Shown: piece by piece, positions 39,377-49,905 of the stretch
How the letters are laid out: every line of letters begins with the position of its first letter
Position numbering within the stretch: position 1 is the first letter of the stretch
DNA from: an uncultured Methylomirabilota bacterium
GTDB taxonomy: Bacteria; Methylomirabilota; Methylomirabilia; Methylomirabilales; 2-02-FULL-66-22
Length of the DNA stretch: 64,000 bases
Assembly (NCBI GenBank): GCA_963705305.1
Contig: OY970067.1
Coordinates: 1,504,001-1,568,000 of the forward strand
Direction: 5' to 3'
Position numbers and translations under genes: made by a program
The notes under the pieces: model-generated
What the model saw: only the letters and a program-made list of their open reading frames with translations
What the model was told of the DNA's origin: nothing
Databases searched by the model: none

Positions 39377-39646
39377 ATGAAGTCCTCGTCGGGCCGCGCG
39401 CTGCTCTGGCTGTCCGCGGGCCTCGTGCTGATGGGATCGATTATCGGCTCGTCGGCGGGCGGGGTGGCGAGCCTGGTCCTGGCAGCCCTGTGCGCCGTGG
39501 CGCCCGTTGTCGCCGGACCCGCCGGTCGACGGATTGCGGGCGCGGCGCTGCTGCTGGCGGCCGTCGGTCTCGGCATCGTCCGGCTTCCGGCGGCCCGGGA
39601 GGAGATGGGCCGATATCGTGCGCACGTGATGAAGGGACATCCGTAA
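39377..39646 (+). CDS. small membrane protein
   Basis: Three hydrophobic segments; same strand as neighbours. Confidence 0.55.
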   Translation: MKSSSGRALLWLSAGLVLMGSIIGSSAGGVASLVLAALCAVAPVVAGPAGRRIAGAALLLAAVGLGIVRLPAAREEMGRYRAHVMKGHP

Positions 39647-39684
39647 GCGCGGCGCTGTCCGTCGGGAACATGAAGAGGTGACGA

Positions 39685-40083
39685 ATGGGCGCATCCAAGC
39701 GTTCGGTGAGCGTGGGGCCGAGCAAGGGCGGGGCGGTCGTGATGATAATCATGGGCCTCCTCTTCCTGGGCTTTGGGCTCGTCCTGACCAACCTGGGCAT
39801 GGCCGATGCCGCCGACGAGCCCGGGCTCCAGCTGGCGCTGTGGATGTTTCGCCTGATCTGGATCGTGGCGTGCCTCGGCATGGCGGGATGGGGGCTCTTC
39901 TCGCTGCTTCGGCGCACTCCCCTGGCCATGGTGACCCTCAGCACCGACGAGGCGGGGAGCGGAGACGCCGCTCCGGATTTCGACACCCGTCTCAGAAAGC
40001 TCGCCGCGCTTCGCCAGGAGGGACTGATCAGCGAGGAGGAGCACGACCAGAAGCGCGCGCAAATCATGGGCGAGCACTGGTAG
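39685..40083 (+). CDS. membrane protein with SHOCT domain
   Basis: Two TM helices; RLRKLAALRQEGLISEEEHDQKRAQIM. Confidence 0.8.
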   Translation: MGASKRSVSVGPSKGGAVVMIIMGLLFLGFGLVLTNLGMADAADEPGLQLALWMFRLIWIVACLGMAGWGLFSLLRRTPLAMVTLSTDEAGSGDAAPDFDTRLRKLAALRQEGLISEEEHDQKRAQIMGEHW

Positions 40084-40161
40084 CCTCGGCCGGCGCCGCA
40101 CCGCTCGAGGCATGACCTGACGACCCGACTCGCCAGGGGGTTCTCGGGAGTCTCGCAGATA

Positions 40162-41940
40162 TCAGCCTTCCACTCCCGTCCCAACAGAAAGCCGGGCGCT
40201 CTCGCCGCCCCCAAAATCCGGCGTCTCCGCCGGCAGGTCGATGACCGGATCGCGCTCTACGATCTTGTCGAGGGAGACGCCCATGGCGGCGTCCGTCTCG
40301 CGGTCCTCGCGGATCTCGACCAAGACCGGGATCCGCCGTCGGTTCGATTCCTCGATCGCCCAGGCCAGCGCCGGCTTGATCTCGTCCGGCTTGAGCACGC
40401 GGCGGCCCAAGCCTCCGAAACCCTCCATGATCTTGACGAAATCCGGTCCGTACCCGTCGCCATACCCGATGTCCACAGCATAGTTCATCTCGTAGATGTA
40501 CTTCGACGGCTGCCGGATGAGCGACAGGTAGCCGTTGTTCAGCATGACCATCACGTAGGGCACGTTGTTCTGGACGGCGGTGGCCAGATCTCCCAGGAGA
40601 AACTGGAAGGAGTAGTCGCCGACGACGCCCACGACCTGCGCCTCCGGCTTGCCCAGCTTGATCCCCAGGCAGGTCGGCACCTCCCAGCCCAAGGGGCCCG
40701 CCTGCCCGCAGCAGAAGTACGTCTCCGGCTGCTGGATCTCCTGGAACTGCCCGGACCAGATCTGGTACAGCCCGATGGAGGTGACGAAGACGGTGTCGGG
40801 TGGGAAGAACTCGTTCAGCTCCTGGAAGATTCGCTGCGGCTTGATGGGAACCTGGTCGAAGTCCATCTTGCGCCGGAAGCGGCGCTTGTAATCCGCGGCC
40901 TTCTTGGCCCAGTCGCCCGGGGCGCGCGGACCGGTCATCTCCCGGGCGACCCGCAGGAGCGCCTCCACCGCCAACTTTGCGTCCGCCACGATCCCGAGGT
41001 CGGGCGGGAAGACTTTTCCGAGCTGGGTCGGCTCGATGTCGATGTGGATAAACTTTCGGGTGCCGCGATAGACGGGTAGGTCGCCGGTGTGCCGGTCGGC
41101 AAAGCGGTTGCCGATGCAGAGGACCAGGTCCGATTCCAGAAACAGCTTGTTGCCGCCCCGCGTGTTGGTCTGGCAGCCCACCCGGCCTCCGTAGAGGGGA
41201 TGGTCGTAGGCGATACCCCCTTCCGCCATGTAGGTCGGGATCACGGGGACTTGCAGGTGCTCGGCCAGGGCAACGAACTCGCGGTAGGCGCGGGCGCGCA
41301 TCACGCCCCCGCCCATCAGGAGCAACGGGCGTTCGGCCTGGAGGAGCATCTGCAGCGCCCGCCGGATCTTCCGGATGTCCGGTGCCGGCTTACTCACCTC
41401 TAGCGGGGCATCGACGGCCGGGTCGTACTCCACCTCGCCGCGCTGGACGTCCAGGGGCAGGTCGATGAGCACGGGGCCCGGCCGCCCCTCCCGCGCGATC
41501 CGGAAGGCCTCGCGGAAGACGGACGGAATCTGGGCGGTCTCCAGGACACAGTAGCTTTTCTTCACCACCGGTTTGGCAATCTCGGCGATGTTGACCCCCT
41601 GGAAGGCCTCCTTGTGCAGGATGCTCTTGACCGCCTGGCCCGTGATGCAGACGATCGGAATGGAATCGCCCTGACAGGTGTAGAGGCCGGTGATCATGTT
41701 CGTCCCGGCGGGGCCCGAGGTGCCGATGGCCACGCCAACCTTGCCGGTGATCCGCGCCCAGCCATCGGCGGCGTGCGTCGCGCCCTCCTCGTGCCGCATC
41801 GTAAGGTGTCGGATCTTGCCGGACTTCGATAGGGCCTTGTAGAGTGGGAGGATGGCCGCCCCCGGAATGCCGAAACAGACCTCCACGCCCTCGCTCTCGA
41901 GAATCTTGACCGCCGCCTCCATCACGGGCATCTTGGCCAT
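40162..41940 (-). CDS. gcl: glyoxylate carboligase
   Basis: FGIPGAAILP, GTSGPAGTNMITGLY, LHKEAFQ, CGQAGPLGW, GDYSFQF, NNGYLSLIRQ. Confidence 0.92.
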   Translation of the reverse strand: MAKMPVMEAAVKILESEGVEVCFGIPGAAILPLYKALSKSGKIRHLTMRHEEGATHAADGWARITGKVGVAIGTSGPAGTNMITGLYTCQGDSIPIVCITGQAVKSILHKEAFQGVNIAEIAKPVVKKSYCVLETAQIPSVFREAFRIAREGRPGPVLIDLPLDVQRGEVEYDPAVDAPLEVSKPAPDIRKIRRALQMLLQAERPLLLMGGGVMRARAYREFVALAEHLQVPVIPTYMAEGGIAYDHPLYGGRVGCQTNTRGGNKLFLESDLVLCIGNRFADRHTGDLPVYRGTRKFIHIDIEPTQLGKVFPPDLGIVADAKLAVEALLRVAREMTGPRAPGDWAKKAADYKRRFRRKMDFDQVPIKPQRIFQELNEFFPPDTVFVTSIGLYQIWSGQFQEIQQPETYFCCGQAGPLGWEVPTCLGIKLGKPEAQVVGVVGDYSFQFLLGDLATAVQNNVPYVMVMLNNGYLSLIRQPSKYIYEMNYAVDIGYGDGYGPDFVKIMEGFGGLGRRVLKPDEIKPALAWAIEESNRRRIPVLVEIREDRETDAAMGVSLDKIVERDPVIDLPAETPDFGGGESARLSVGTGVEG

Positions 41941-41974
41941 CGGGCCGCCTCCGGAGCCCTGTCAAGACCCACGC

Positions 41975-42358
41975 CTACCTGGGGCCGACGCATAACCCGC
42001 CATTGGCGTCATTTGCCAGCTCCCACAAGGCGATCCACTGGCTGGTCTTGATTCCCAGCGCCTGCCGCAAATAGTAGGCGCGCTCTTCCTGCGCCCACGC
42101 CTCGCCGCACCTGGCCAGCTGTCTCAGCCGTGCGCGGAAGAGCCGGCCATGTCCGTCCGTCCCGATGTGGCACATTTCGTGGAGGAGGGTCTTTCGCACA
42201 TCGGGCGAGGCGCAAATCCAGATGGTCCTGGCCGCATCGTCGATGCAGCCAAACTCGCCGGCGTGCGGCTGGCGTCTTCGCACCCGGTACTTGGGGAGCC
42301 GCCCGTCGAACAGGCGGCTGTTCAGGTCATCGAAGAGCCGGTCCAGATCGGTGTCCAT
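41975..42358 (-). CDS. small SprT-like HExxH zinc-binding protein
   Basis: FDDLNSRLFDGRLP, TLLHEMCH, HGRLF. Confidence 0.7.
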   Translation of the reverse strand: MDTDLDRLFDDLNSRLFDGRLPKYRVRRRQPHAGEFGCIDDAARTIWICASPDVRKTLLHEMCHIGTDGHGRLFRARLRQLARCGEAWAQEERAYYLRQALGIKTSQWIALWELANDANGGLCVGPR

Positions 42359-42432
42359 CCATGCCCTTTTTCGCTGCAGACCCGGGATCCTCCCCACGCG
42401 GTCAGAGGCCGGCCGCTGCCGTGGGGTCTCGC

Positions 42433-44322
42433 CTACCACGAGTCCCCCGGTTTGGCGGCCCACTCGATGCCCAGCTCGACCAGCTTCGCGTAGGTCGGCC
42501 AGCCGGTTTCCGGGTCCCATCCCTCCAACTGGTGGTAGAGCCGGAGAGCTCGCTGAAAGGCGTCCGGCTCGACGCGCACCCCCGCGAGGGGCCCGCTGGT
42601 GAAGGCCTCGTGCAGCCGCTTGGGCAGCGTGTCGTCCTTCGGCGTGAAGCCCTCCCGGCAGTTGAAGGCCCGGGCCAGGGCCTTCGACCGCTCCCCCACC
42701 TTGATCAGCTCCCACAGGCTGGTATCCCAGCCCGTCACGGCGCGCATGGCATTCACGACCAGGGTGAGGCCAATGACGTTGGCGGGCGCGGAGGCAAGGT
42801 GACAGACCCCGATGCAGCTGCAGAGCGCCCACCAGTGATTGGCGTAATGGTAGGCGCGCACCTTCCGCGGGCTGAGCTCCAGGCGCTTGAGCGGCTCGGC
42901 CAGTCCCAGGGGCTCCAGGGGGTGCGCTCCCTGCGGGTGGAAGCCCTCGTAGGCCGGGTCTTGGGGGGCGCGCATGTGGTCCGCCCCGGCGGGGGCGGTG
43001 GCGTAGGAGAGGGACAGGGCCTGCTTTCCCCTCGGCTCGTGCATGGGGAGCTCCTGCCGCTTGACCGTGAGGACGAACTGCTCCGCGCCCTGCCCGAGCC
43101 GCTTCGCCGCCCGGTCCGAGCCCAGAGCCAGGAGATCTCCCAGACCCTCGCGCCGGGCGATCTTCTCCGTCAGGGCGAGCATGGCCTCGGCGTTCCCGAA
43201 CCGGAGGTCCAGCCCGTCGGTGTCGGCCCGGGTCAGGATCCCGTTCTCGAAGCACTCCATGGCGAACGCGATCGTCATTCCCACCGAGATCGTATCCATC
43301 ACGTACTCCCCACAGATCTGATGGAACTTGGCGATGGCCTTCAGGTCGCCGATGCCGCAGACCGAGCCGCTCGAGCCGATGGTCTCGTACTCCGGGCCTC
43401 CGTACTTGGCGGTCACCCCCATCTCGGGGACGTTCACGTCCCGCTTGCAGGCGATGGCACAGGCGTAGCAGGTCCCTTCGTCCTCCAGGATCGTCTCCGC
43501 CATGGTCTGGCCGCTGATGGCCTTGGCGTCCTCGAATTGCCCTTCCCGGAAATTGCGGGTGGGCAGGATGCCGTCGGCGCTCATCGCCACGACATTCCGC
43601 GAGGTCCCGTACTTGTGGAGCATGTCGGTGTCCCGGTTGTAGTGCTCGCGGAACCATTTCACGCAGGCCTGAAGCCCCTCCTTGTCCTTGGGCTCGAGTC
43701 GGTCGTGGCCCCGGACGACGATGGCCCGCAGCTTCTTGCTCGCCATGACGGCCCCCAGGCCGCTCCGGCCGTTAAAGTGCTTCAGCTCGTTCACGATGTT
43801 GGCCATGAGGTTGCCGAGCTCGCCCGCGATCCCGCACTGGAGCACCCGGGCCCGCTTGTCGGTCTCCGCCACCAGGCGATCCTGTACGTCGCCGGAGAGC
43901 TTCCCCCAGACGTGCGCGGCCTGCCGGATCTCCACCTGCCCATCGCAGATCCAGAGATAGACCGGGGCGGGGGACCGGCCAGTCACGATGATCCCGTCAA
44001 AGCCGGCAAACTTCAGCTCGGGTCCCCACCAGCCGCCGGCCTCTCCCTCCCCGTACCCCCCTGTGAGGGGCGACTTCGCGGCCGCGCTGAACCGATTCGT
44101 GCCGGAGAGCGGAATCCCGTTCAGCGGACAGGTGGCAAACACGAGCATGTTGTCCGGACCCAACGGATCCACGCCCGGCGGCAGCTCGCGCAGCAGGATC
44201 GAGGCCGCCATCGCCGCGCCCCCCATGAACTGGCGGTAGGTCAGGGGAGAGAACTCCTCCACGGCGGTGGTGCCTTCAGTCAGGTTTACTCGCAGGTACT
44301 TCCCGGTGAACGCTCCCTGCAC
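42433..44322 (-). CDS. aldehyde ferredoxin oxidoreductase (W/Mo AOR family)
   Basis: KSPLTGG, GRSGLGAVMASK, CYACAIAC, GPEYET, MDTIS, FNCREG..DDTLP. Confidence 0.94.
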   Translation of the reverse strand: MQGAFTGKYLRVNLTEGTTAVEEFSPLTYRQFMGGAAMAASILLRELPPGVDPLGPDNMLVFATCPLNGIPLSGTNRFSAAAKSPLTGGYGEGEAGGWWGPELKFAGFDGIIVTGRSPAPVYLWICDGQVEIRQAAHVWGKLSGDVQDRLVAETDKRARVLQCGIAGELGNLMANIVNELKHFNGRSGLGAVMASKKLRAIVVRGHDRLEPKDKEGLQACVKWFREHYNRDTDMLHKYGTSRNVVAMSADGILPTRNFREGQFEDAKAISGQTMAETILEDEGTCYACAIACKRDVNVPEMGVTAKYGGPEYETIGSSGSVCGIGDLKAIAKFHQICGEYVMDTISVGMTIAFAMECFENGILTRADTDGLDLRFGNAEAMLALTEKIARREGLGDLLALGSDRAAKRLGQGAEQFVLTVKRQELPMHEPRGKQALSLSYATAPAGADHMRAPQDPAYEGFHPQGAHPLEPLGLAEPLKRLELSPRKVRAYHYANHWWALCSCIGVCHLASAPANVIGLTLVVNAMRAVTGWDTSLWELIKVGERSKALARAFNCREGFTPKDDTLPKRLHEAFTSGPLAGVRVEPDAFQRALRLYHQLEGWDPETGWPTYAKLVELGIEWAAKPGDSW

Positions 44323-44430
44323 GGTGGCTCCTCCACACTCGGCAACTGCGTGTCATGGTGCGGGACGCCGGTCAGGTCGGGCCGGCTGGCGCATGGCTCC
44401 CGCCTCGGCGATCCGGCGCGCCGCGCATCC

Positions 44431-44703
44431 CTAGTGCCCCTCGAGCACCCGCCGCACCGTCTCCTCGGCCGTCCGGACCTCGGCGTTGACCGCCTTCTCG
44501 ACCATCACGGCCGCCCGGATCGCGTCCTCGGCCGCCTGGAGCTCCTGCGGAGTGCACAGGCCTTTGGCGACCAGCACATTCGTGATCGCGGCGACCCGGT
44601 AGCCGTACTCCTCAACCGCGTGATGGAGGGCGCCGAGATAGCCCAGGTACTTCCGGTCCATTGCCCTGAGGAGTTCCTGATGCTCCAGCGTGAATTCGGA
44701 CAT
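44431..44703 (-). CDS. hypothetical protein (90 aa)
   Basis: RBS AGGAG; helical, LVAKGLCTPQEL. Confidence 0.65.
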   Translation of the reverse strand: MSEFTLEHQELLRAMDRKYLGYLGALHHAVEEYGYRVAAITNVLVAKGLCTPQELQAAEDAIRAAVMVEKAVNAEVRTAEETVRRVLEGH

Positions 44704-44726
44704 GGGCCACACTCCTGAATCAGCGG

Positions 44727-45440
44727 CTACCCGTTCCACGCGCGGACGCGGGCTGGCGCCAGAGCCGCGAGGCATACCAATGCATCTTGGCTGCGACCGT
44801 GCTCGCGCATGACTCGCTCACAAACCTCGTAGTCCTTGAGCCCGAGGGCGAAGAGGGCGTCGCGGTGCGCCGCCACGGCCCGCTGACAGCCGTCGCGGGA
44901 GATGCGCGCGCCCGGCCAATGGCGCATGAGATGCTGGCTGTTGGCCAGCATCCGGCCGGCAAGCCGCGGCGTGCCGGCAACACCGGCCGTCAGGGATGCG
45001 TGAAACCGGTGATTCCACGACGCGACGCCGATCAGACTCCCGCGTGCCATGGCGGCCTCCGCCTGCCTGACGGTCTCGGCGAGAGCCGCCAGGACCTCCT
45101 GGCTCGCCCGCTCGCCGAGAAAGCGAAACATATGCCCCTCGAGCACTCCCGTAAGCTCGGGGAGATCATCCATCTCCGCCTCCGACTGGAGCGGCATCAT
45201 GAAGCCCCGGTGGGCGTGGGGCACGATCAGGCCCTCCGCTTCGAGCCGGTGTAGCGCCTCCCGCACCGGAGTGCGACTGACCCGGAGCGCATCGGCGAGA
45301 TGGACCTCGGTCAGCCGCTGGCCGGGCGGAATCGAGGCGGACAGGATCGCCTGCTTCAAAGACGCGTAGACCCGGGTGCGGGCGGGAGGCGCAGCTGGGC
45401 GGCCGGGGTGCATCGCGGGGGAGGGTTTGGTCTCCATCAT
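44727..45440 (-). CDS. GntR family regulator with FCD domain
   Basis: VSRTPVREALHRLEAEGL; NHRFH, AAHRD, MREH. Confidence 0.88.
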   Translation of the reverse strand: MMETKPSPAMHPGRPAAPPARTRVYASLKQAILSASIPPGQRLTEVHLADALRVSRTPVREALHRLEAEGLIVPHAHRGFMMPLQSEAEMDDLPELTGVLEGHMFRFLGERASQEVLAALAETVRQAEAAMARGSLIGVASWNHRFHASLTAGVAGTPRLAGRMLANSQHLMRHWPGARISRDGCQRAVAAHRDALFALGLKDYEVCERVMREHGRSQDALVCLAALAPARVRAWNG

Positions 45441-45517
45441 TACCCTGAAATCCGAGAGTGATCCGGGGCTCACCCCGGCAACGGGGCCGGCGCACCAGCC
45501 GGGCGTCAAATTCTTTA

Positions 45518-45535
45518 TATGCTTTTTAAAGCATA
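45518..45535. promoter_or_regulatory. palindromic operator candidate in the divergent gntR / Tm-1-like intergenic region
   Basis: TATGCTTT-TT-AAAGCATA, adjacent to minus-strand TTGACT. Confidence 0.55.
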
Positions 45536-45796
45536 GTCAAGGGGATGCTCACAGCCTCGCGGTGTTTGTCATGATCGACGTGCCACTTCCAGACTCCCGG
45601 CGGACGGAACGGCGCGCCGTCCTCGAGGGGATAGGCAAAATTCATTTGATTTATCGGATGGATGGCGGCGATTATGTGGTCGCCGGCAAAAAGAGCGGGT
45701 GATCGACCCGGCGGAAGGCACGGCGAACGGGTCATGCGAGGATCGCTGGCGCGCGAGGAGTTCTGCACGCCGACAGCGGGGTGAGGAGCCGTCGGT

Positions 45797-47041
45797 ATGG
45801 CAAGCCCCAAGACCATTGCTGTTATCTGTACCCTGGATACGAAGGGTCTCCAGGCGGAGCTGATCAAACGGCTCATCGAGGGGGCCGGTCACCGTCCCCT
45901 TATCGTAGATACCGGCGTGCGGGGGGCGCCGGCCTTTTCCGCCGACGTGTCCCGCGACGAGGTGGCCCGGGAGGGCGGAACCAGCATTCCTGCGCTGGCG
46001 GGGCTGGGAGACCGGGGGAAGGCCTTGGAGGCAATGATGATGGGCGCATCCGCCCTGGTGGCCCGGTTGCACCGCGAGGGGAAGATCGACGGCGTGCTGG
46101 GTCTGGGCGGAGGCAGCGGGACCTCGATCGCCTGTGGGGCCATGCGAGGACTGCCCTTCGGGGTGCCCAAAGTCATGATTTCCACGATGGCGAGCGGAGA
46201 GGTGGGCCGGTACGTCGGGACCAAAGACATCGCCATGCTGAATTCGGTCACCGATATCATGGGGTTGAATCCCATCCTGCGCCGCATCCTGGCCAACGGG
46301 GTCGGGGCCATCGTGGGCATGGTGGAGGCGGCTGAGCGCGCGATCGAGTGCGAGGGTGAATCGACAAAACCGACCGTTGCGATCACCGCCTTCGGTGTCA
46401 CGACCCGCGCGGCCATGCGATGCCATGCCCTGCTGGAGGCGGCGGGCTTTAACACGATGATCTTCCACGCCAACGGAACCGGCGGCCGAGCGATGGAGGA
46501 GCTCATCGCACACGGGGCTATCGACGGCGTGCTCGATCTCACCACTACCGAGCTGGCCGATGAGCTCTGTGGGGGGAAGTTGAGTGCCGGTCCGCGGCGG
46601 CTCGAAGCGGCTGGCGCGCGCGGGATTCCCCAGGTCGTCCTGCCGGGCGCCATGGATATGGTGAACTTCGGCCCGCCGGAGACGGTCCCGCCCGAGTACA
46701 CCGGGCGACGCCTCTACCGCCATAGCCCCGCGACGACCTTGATGCGGACCACCGTCGACGAGAATCGCCTGCTGGGGAAATGGATGGGGGAGAAGCTGGC
46801 GAAGGCCGTTGGTCCAACCGTGTTGATGCTGCCCCTGCGGGGCTTCTCGGAGTATGACCAGGCAGGCGGGGTGTTCCACGACCCGGAGGCCGATCTCGCC
46901 TTTATAGAATCGGCCCTGTCGGCGCTGGGGAGCCGTGTCGAGGTGGTGCGGCTTGATCGCTCGATCAACGACCCTGCGTGCGCCGATGCCGTCGTGAAGT
47001 CGCTGTTGGAATTGATGGGACGAACGAGTCCGAAGGGGTAG
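45797..47041 (+). CDS. Tm-1-like ATP-binding domain protein (UPF0261)
   Basis: TLDTK, GGGSGT, LPFGVPKVMIST, FGVTT, FHANGTGG, DLTTTE, DMVNFG. Confidence 0.9.
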   Translation: MASPKTIAVICTLDTKGLQAELIKRLIEGAGHRPLIVDTGVRGAPAFSADVSRDEVAREGGTSIPALAGLGDRGKALEAMMMGASALVARLHREGKIDGVLGLGGGSGTSIACGAMRGLPFGVPKVMISTMASGEVGRYVGTKDIAMLNSVTDIMGLNPILRRILANGVGAIVGMVEAAERAIECEGESTKPTVAITAFGVTTRAAMRCHALLEAAGFNTMIFHANGTGGRAMEELIAHGAIDGVLDLTTTELADELCGGKLSAGPRRLEAAGARGIPQVVLPGAMDMVNFGPPETVPPEYTGRRLYRHSPATTLMRTTVDENRLLGKWMGEKLAKAVGPTVLMLPLRGFSEYDQAGGVFHDPEADLAFIESALSALGSRVEVVRLDRSINDPACADAVVKSLLELMGRTSPKG

Positions 47042-47076
47042 AAGGCATTTCAGGGATTGGCATGGGAGGCACGCGA

Positions 47077-47913
47077 ATGGCGATCAGGTACAGTCGCAAC
47101 CAGGTGGCGGCACGACTTGCGGCAACCCTCAAGGCCGGGAGCCCGGTGATTGTCGCGGGGGCGGGAAACGGCCTCTCCGCCAAGTGTGCAGAACTGGGCG
47201 GTATCGATCTCATCATCATCTACAACTCCGGACGCTTCCGCATGGATGGGATGCCCTCCATCGCGGGTCTGATGCCGTATGGCAATGCGAATGACATCGT
47301 GCTGGAGATGGGGGAGCGTCATGTCCTGCCCGCGGTGAAGGGGACGCCCGTCCTCGCCGGGGTCTGCGGAACCGACCCGACCCGCGACATGCGCCGGTTC
47401 CTCGGGCGGGTCGTGGACACCGGCTTCTCGGGGGTGATCAACTACCCGACCGTGGCGCGTTTCGAGGGCAATCTTCGTCGGGATCTGGAGTCGGTCGGTC
47501 TGGGATTCGCCCGGGAGGTTGAGATGATCGGCATGGCCCGAGAGCTCGATCTTTACACGACCTGCTACGTGCGGACTCCGGAAGAGAGCCGGCAGATGGC
47601 GGCAGCGGGCGTCGACTTGGTCGTCCCGCATGTGGGCCTGACCACCGGGGGGACGATCGGCGCGAAGAATGCCCTCAGCCTGGAGGAGGCAGCCGCGGCC
47701 ACCCAGGCCATGATTCGGGCGGCGCGGGAGGTGAATCCCGAGGTGATTGCCCTGGCGCACGGCGGGCCGATCGCCGGCCCGGAGGACGTGGCGTACATCT
47801 TGACGCACACCGACGCCCAGGGGTTCGTCGGCGCGTCCAGCATGGAACGGCTTCCCGTAGAGCGGGCGATCGTGCAGGTGGTCGAGGACCTCAAAGCTCT
47901 CAGGCTGCGATAG
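47077..47913 (+). CDS. phosphoenolpyruvate-hydrolase-like TIM-barrel protein
   Basis: GAGNGLSAK, YNSGRFRM, HVGLTTGGTIGA, HGGPI, GASSMERLP. Confidence 0.9.
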   Translation: MAIRYSRNQVAARLAATLKAGSPVIVAGAGNGLSAKCAELGGIDLIIIYNSGRFRMDGMPSIAGLMPYGNANDIVLEMGERHVLPAVKGTPVLAGVCGTDPTRDMRRFLGRVVDTGFSGVINYPTVARFEGNLRRDLESVGLGFAREVEMIGMARELDLYTTCYVRTPEESRQMAAAGVDLVVPHVGLTTGGTIGAKNALSLEEAAAATQAMIRAAREVNPEVIALAHGGPIAGPEDVAYILTHTDAQGFVGASSMERLPVERAIVQVVEDLKALRLR

Positions 47914-48225
47914 CTCTATCGATCGGGCGCTCACGATCGGTGGGGTGCTAGTGGAAAGCGGGACAGGAAGCCAGACGCTCCTTCCTCTGTCTCCTGGATC
48001 CCCTTGAGCAGGTGGCGCGGGTGGCGTCGTCGGGGGAGATCGTCCGCCTCGATCCTGCGGACGATCATGGGGTGGAGGATGCCCAGGACGGCCGGCCGCA
48101 CTGGCGGGGCATCACGGCTCCTGTCATCCTGAGTGAAGGTCGTCAGAATAATTCCAATGAGTCAGCAACCCCAGTGCGGAGCGAGGACGAGCGTCGTAGC
48201 AGAATGGAGCGGATGCCGGCGGCCC

Positions 48226-49140
48226 CTACCGATCAGTCTTGCCGGCCGGAATTCGGCTCTCGCAGGGGACATCGGTCTGGCACAGCCCGCAGCCCGGGTA
48301 CGGGCCCACGTAGCCGGTCCTGCCCTCCGCCTGCAGGCGGGCCGGCATTCCCGTGCGAAGGTACGTCGCACACGTGGCCTTGTCATGGCCCTGCGCGGTG
48401 ATCGCGCCCACGGGGCATCTGGCGGCGCACCGGCCGCACGCCCCGTTCCTGTAGAACAGGCAGTAGGCCGTATGGGAGCCGGCGGGACGGGGCGACGGCG
48501 GGATGGGAAGGTCGCAGACGACGCTCCCGAGCCGGACGGCGAGTCCCCTGGGCGTGATCAGCCCGTCGTTCAGGCTGAAAGTGCCAAGGCCGGCGGCGTA
48601 GGCGACGTGACGCTGGGACCAGCGCGAGGCGGGGGCATTGGGGACATCGCGCTTGACCTCGAACCAAGGCGCCAGCTCCGGGGCGACGGCATGGTAGCCG
48701 TGGTCTTCGAGCAGTGCGACCAGGTGGCGGGACAGCCGGACGATGCACTCCTGGCCGTACCAACGGGTGGCATTCCAGCGGGGTGAGCAGATCGCCGTTT
48801 CCTGGTGCTGGCTTGCCCGCGTCGCCGCCGTGCTGGGCAGGACGAAGGCGATGACGCTCACGGCTGCCGGATGAGGTCGATTGCACTCCGTCGCCCGGAT
48901 GCGCATCTCCAGGGCCTCCCGCGGCGTCATATGGAAGTCGCCGATGATCCGCCGGTAGTCCTGGAAGAGCGGGTCGTCGCCATCGGCAAAGCCCACGAGG
49001 GGGGCGTCCCAGATGGCCTCCCCCAGCGCACCGGGCAGCCGGTTGTTCACGCTGGTTGCGACGTACGTCTCGATGGCCGCCGTCAGCACCTTGGCGGGGG
49101 CTATCGCAAGTTGTTCCGCGGCTGCCGGAACATCATTCAC
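48226..49140 (-). CDS. QueG-like (epoxyqueuosine reductase-related) 4Fe-4S protein
   Basis: PLVGFADGDDP, WSQRHVAYAAGLGTF, CGRCAARCP, GCGLCQTDVPC; GTG start after GGAGG. Confidence 0.85.
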   Translation of the reverse strand: MNDVPAAAEQLAIAPAKVLTAAIETYVATSVNNRLPGALGEAIWDAPLVGFADGDDPLFQDYRRIIGDFHMTPREALEMRIRATECNRPHPAAVSVIAFVLPSTAATRASQHQETAICSPRWNATRWYGQECIVRLSRHLVALLEDHGYHAVAPELAPWFEVKRDVPNAPASRWSQRHVAYAAGLGTFSLNDGLITPRGLAVRLGSVVCDLPIPPSPRPAGSHTAYCLFYRNGACGRCAARCPVGAITAQGHDKATCATYLRTGMPARLQAEGRTGYVGPYPGCGLCQTDVPCESRIPAGKTDR

Positions 49141-49905
49141 CTTGGACCTCCTCCGGGAAGACAGGATAATACCGCGTCGGTCGACCCGCGAAGCATACAC
49201 CGAATTGCCGAAGAACGCCTGCGGTATCTGCGGCAATCCGACCGGTCGGGGCGAGTCATGGACGCGATGAGGATCCACCCGAAGGCTGGTAGCAGGTGGG
49301 CTGCAGGGGCAGGAGCCGAGCTCTTGAAGGCACGGGGCCGACGGGATCGGTCAGGAGACAATGAGGCTGCCGGGGCAGGCCGGCGACCATAGATAGGTGG
49401 TGTCCCCAGCAGGATGCGCCCACCCGCGGGAGCAGCCCTTACGTTTCAAATCGAGGGTGGCGCTTGTGGATTCTGCTTGCCGGTAACATGAAATCCCAGG
49501 GTAATTCGTTGACTTACTATGGCGCTTCCTTTTTCGCCATGGGTAGCATCGGGTGGTTTTGGGCGGGTTTTGGGTCCTCGCCGGCACAGTCTTGGACCCA
49601 ACCGGGCAGACCCCCGACTTCCCTAAAATGACTCGCGGGCCCCCCGCTGGTGCTAGTGGGCAGACCGGCGGGCGACCGTCAGCCCAATTGCGAGAATTGC
49701 GCATATCACGCTCCTGCCCTCCGTCATGCGTTCTTCATATGAGCATTTGGGCTTGACAACCATGTTTGGTGCAACGGATACTCCGCCGCACACAAGGCGC
49801 CGAGCCTGGACCGGGCCGCCAGGGGGCTTTTTGGGGCGCTCCGTCGGGGTGCGAGATGGCCGCTGCCCCAACAAGAAGCAACTTCCTGTCACGTTAAGGA
49901 GGTGC

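Noticed and set aside
42130..44718. 862-aa plus-strand ORF
   Set aside because: Antisense shadow of the AOR gene.
48120..48210. GTCATCCTGAGTGAAGG REP-like start
   Set aside because: No matching inverted partner found.
49396..49414. Possible second tRNA gene
   Set aside because: Only a 3'-end-like fragment; no D, anticodon or complete T arm.
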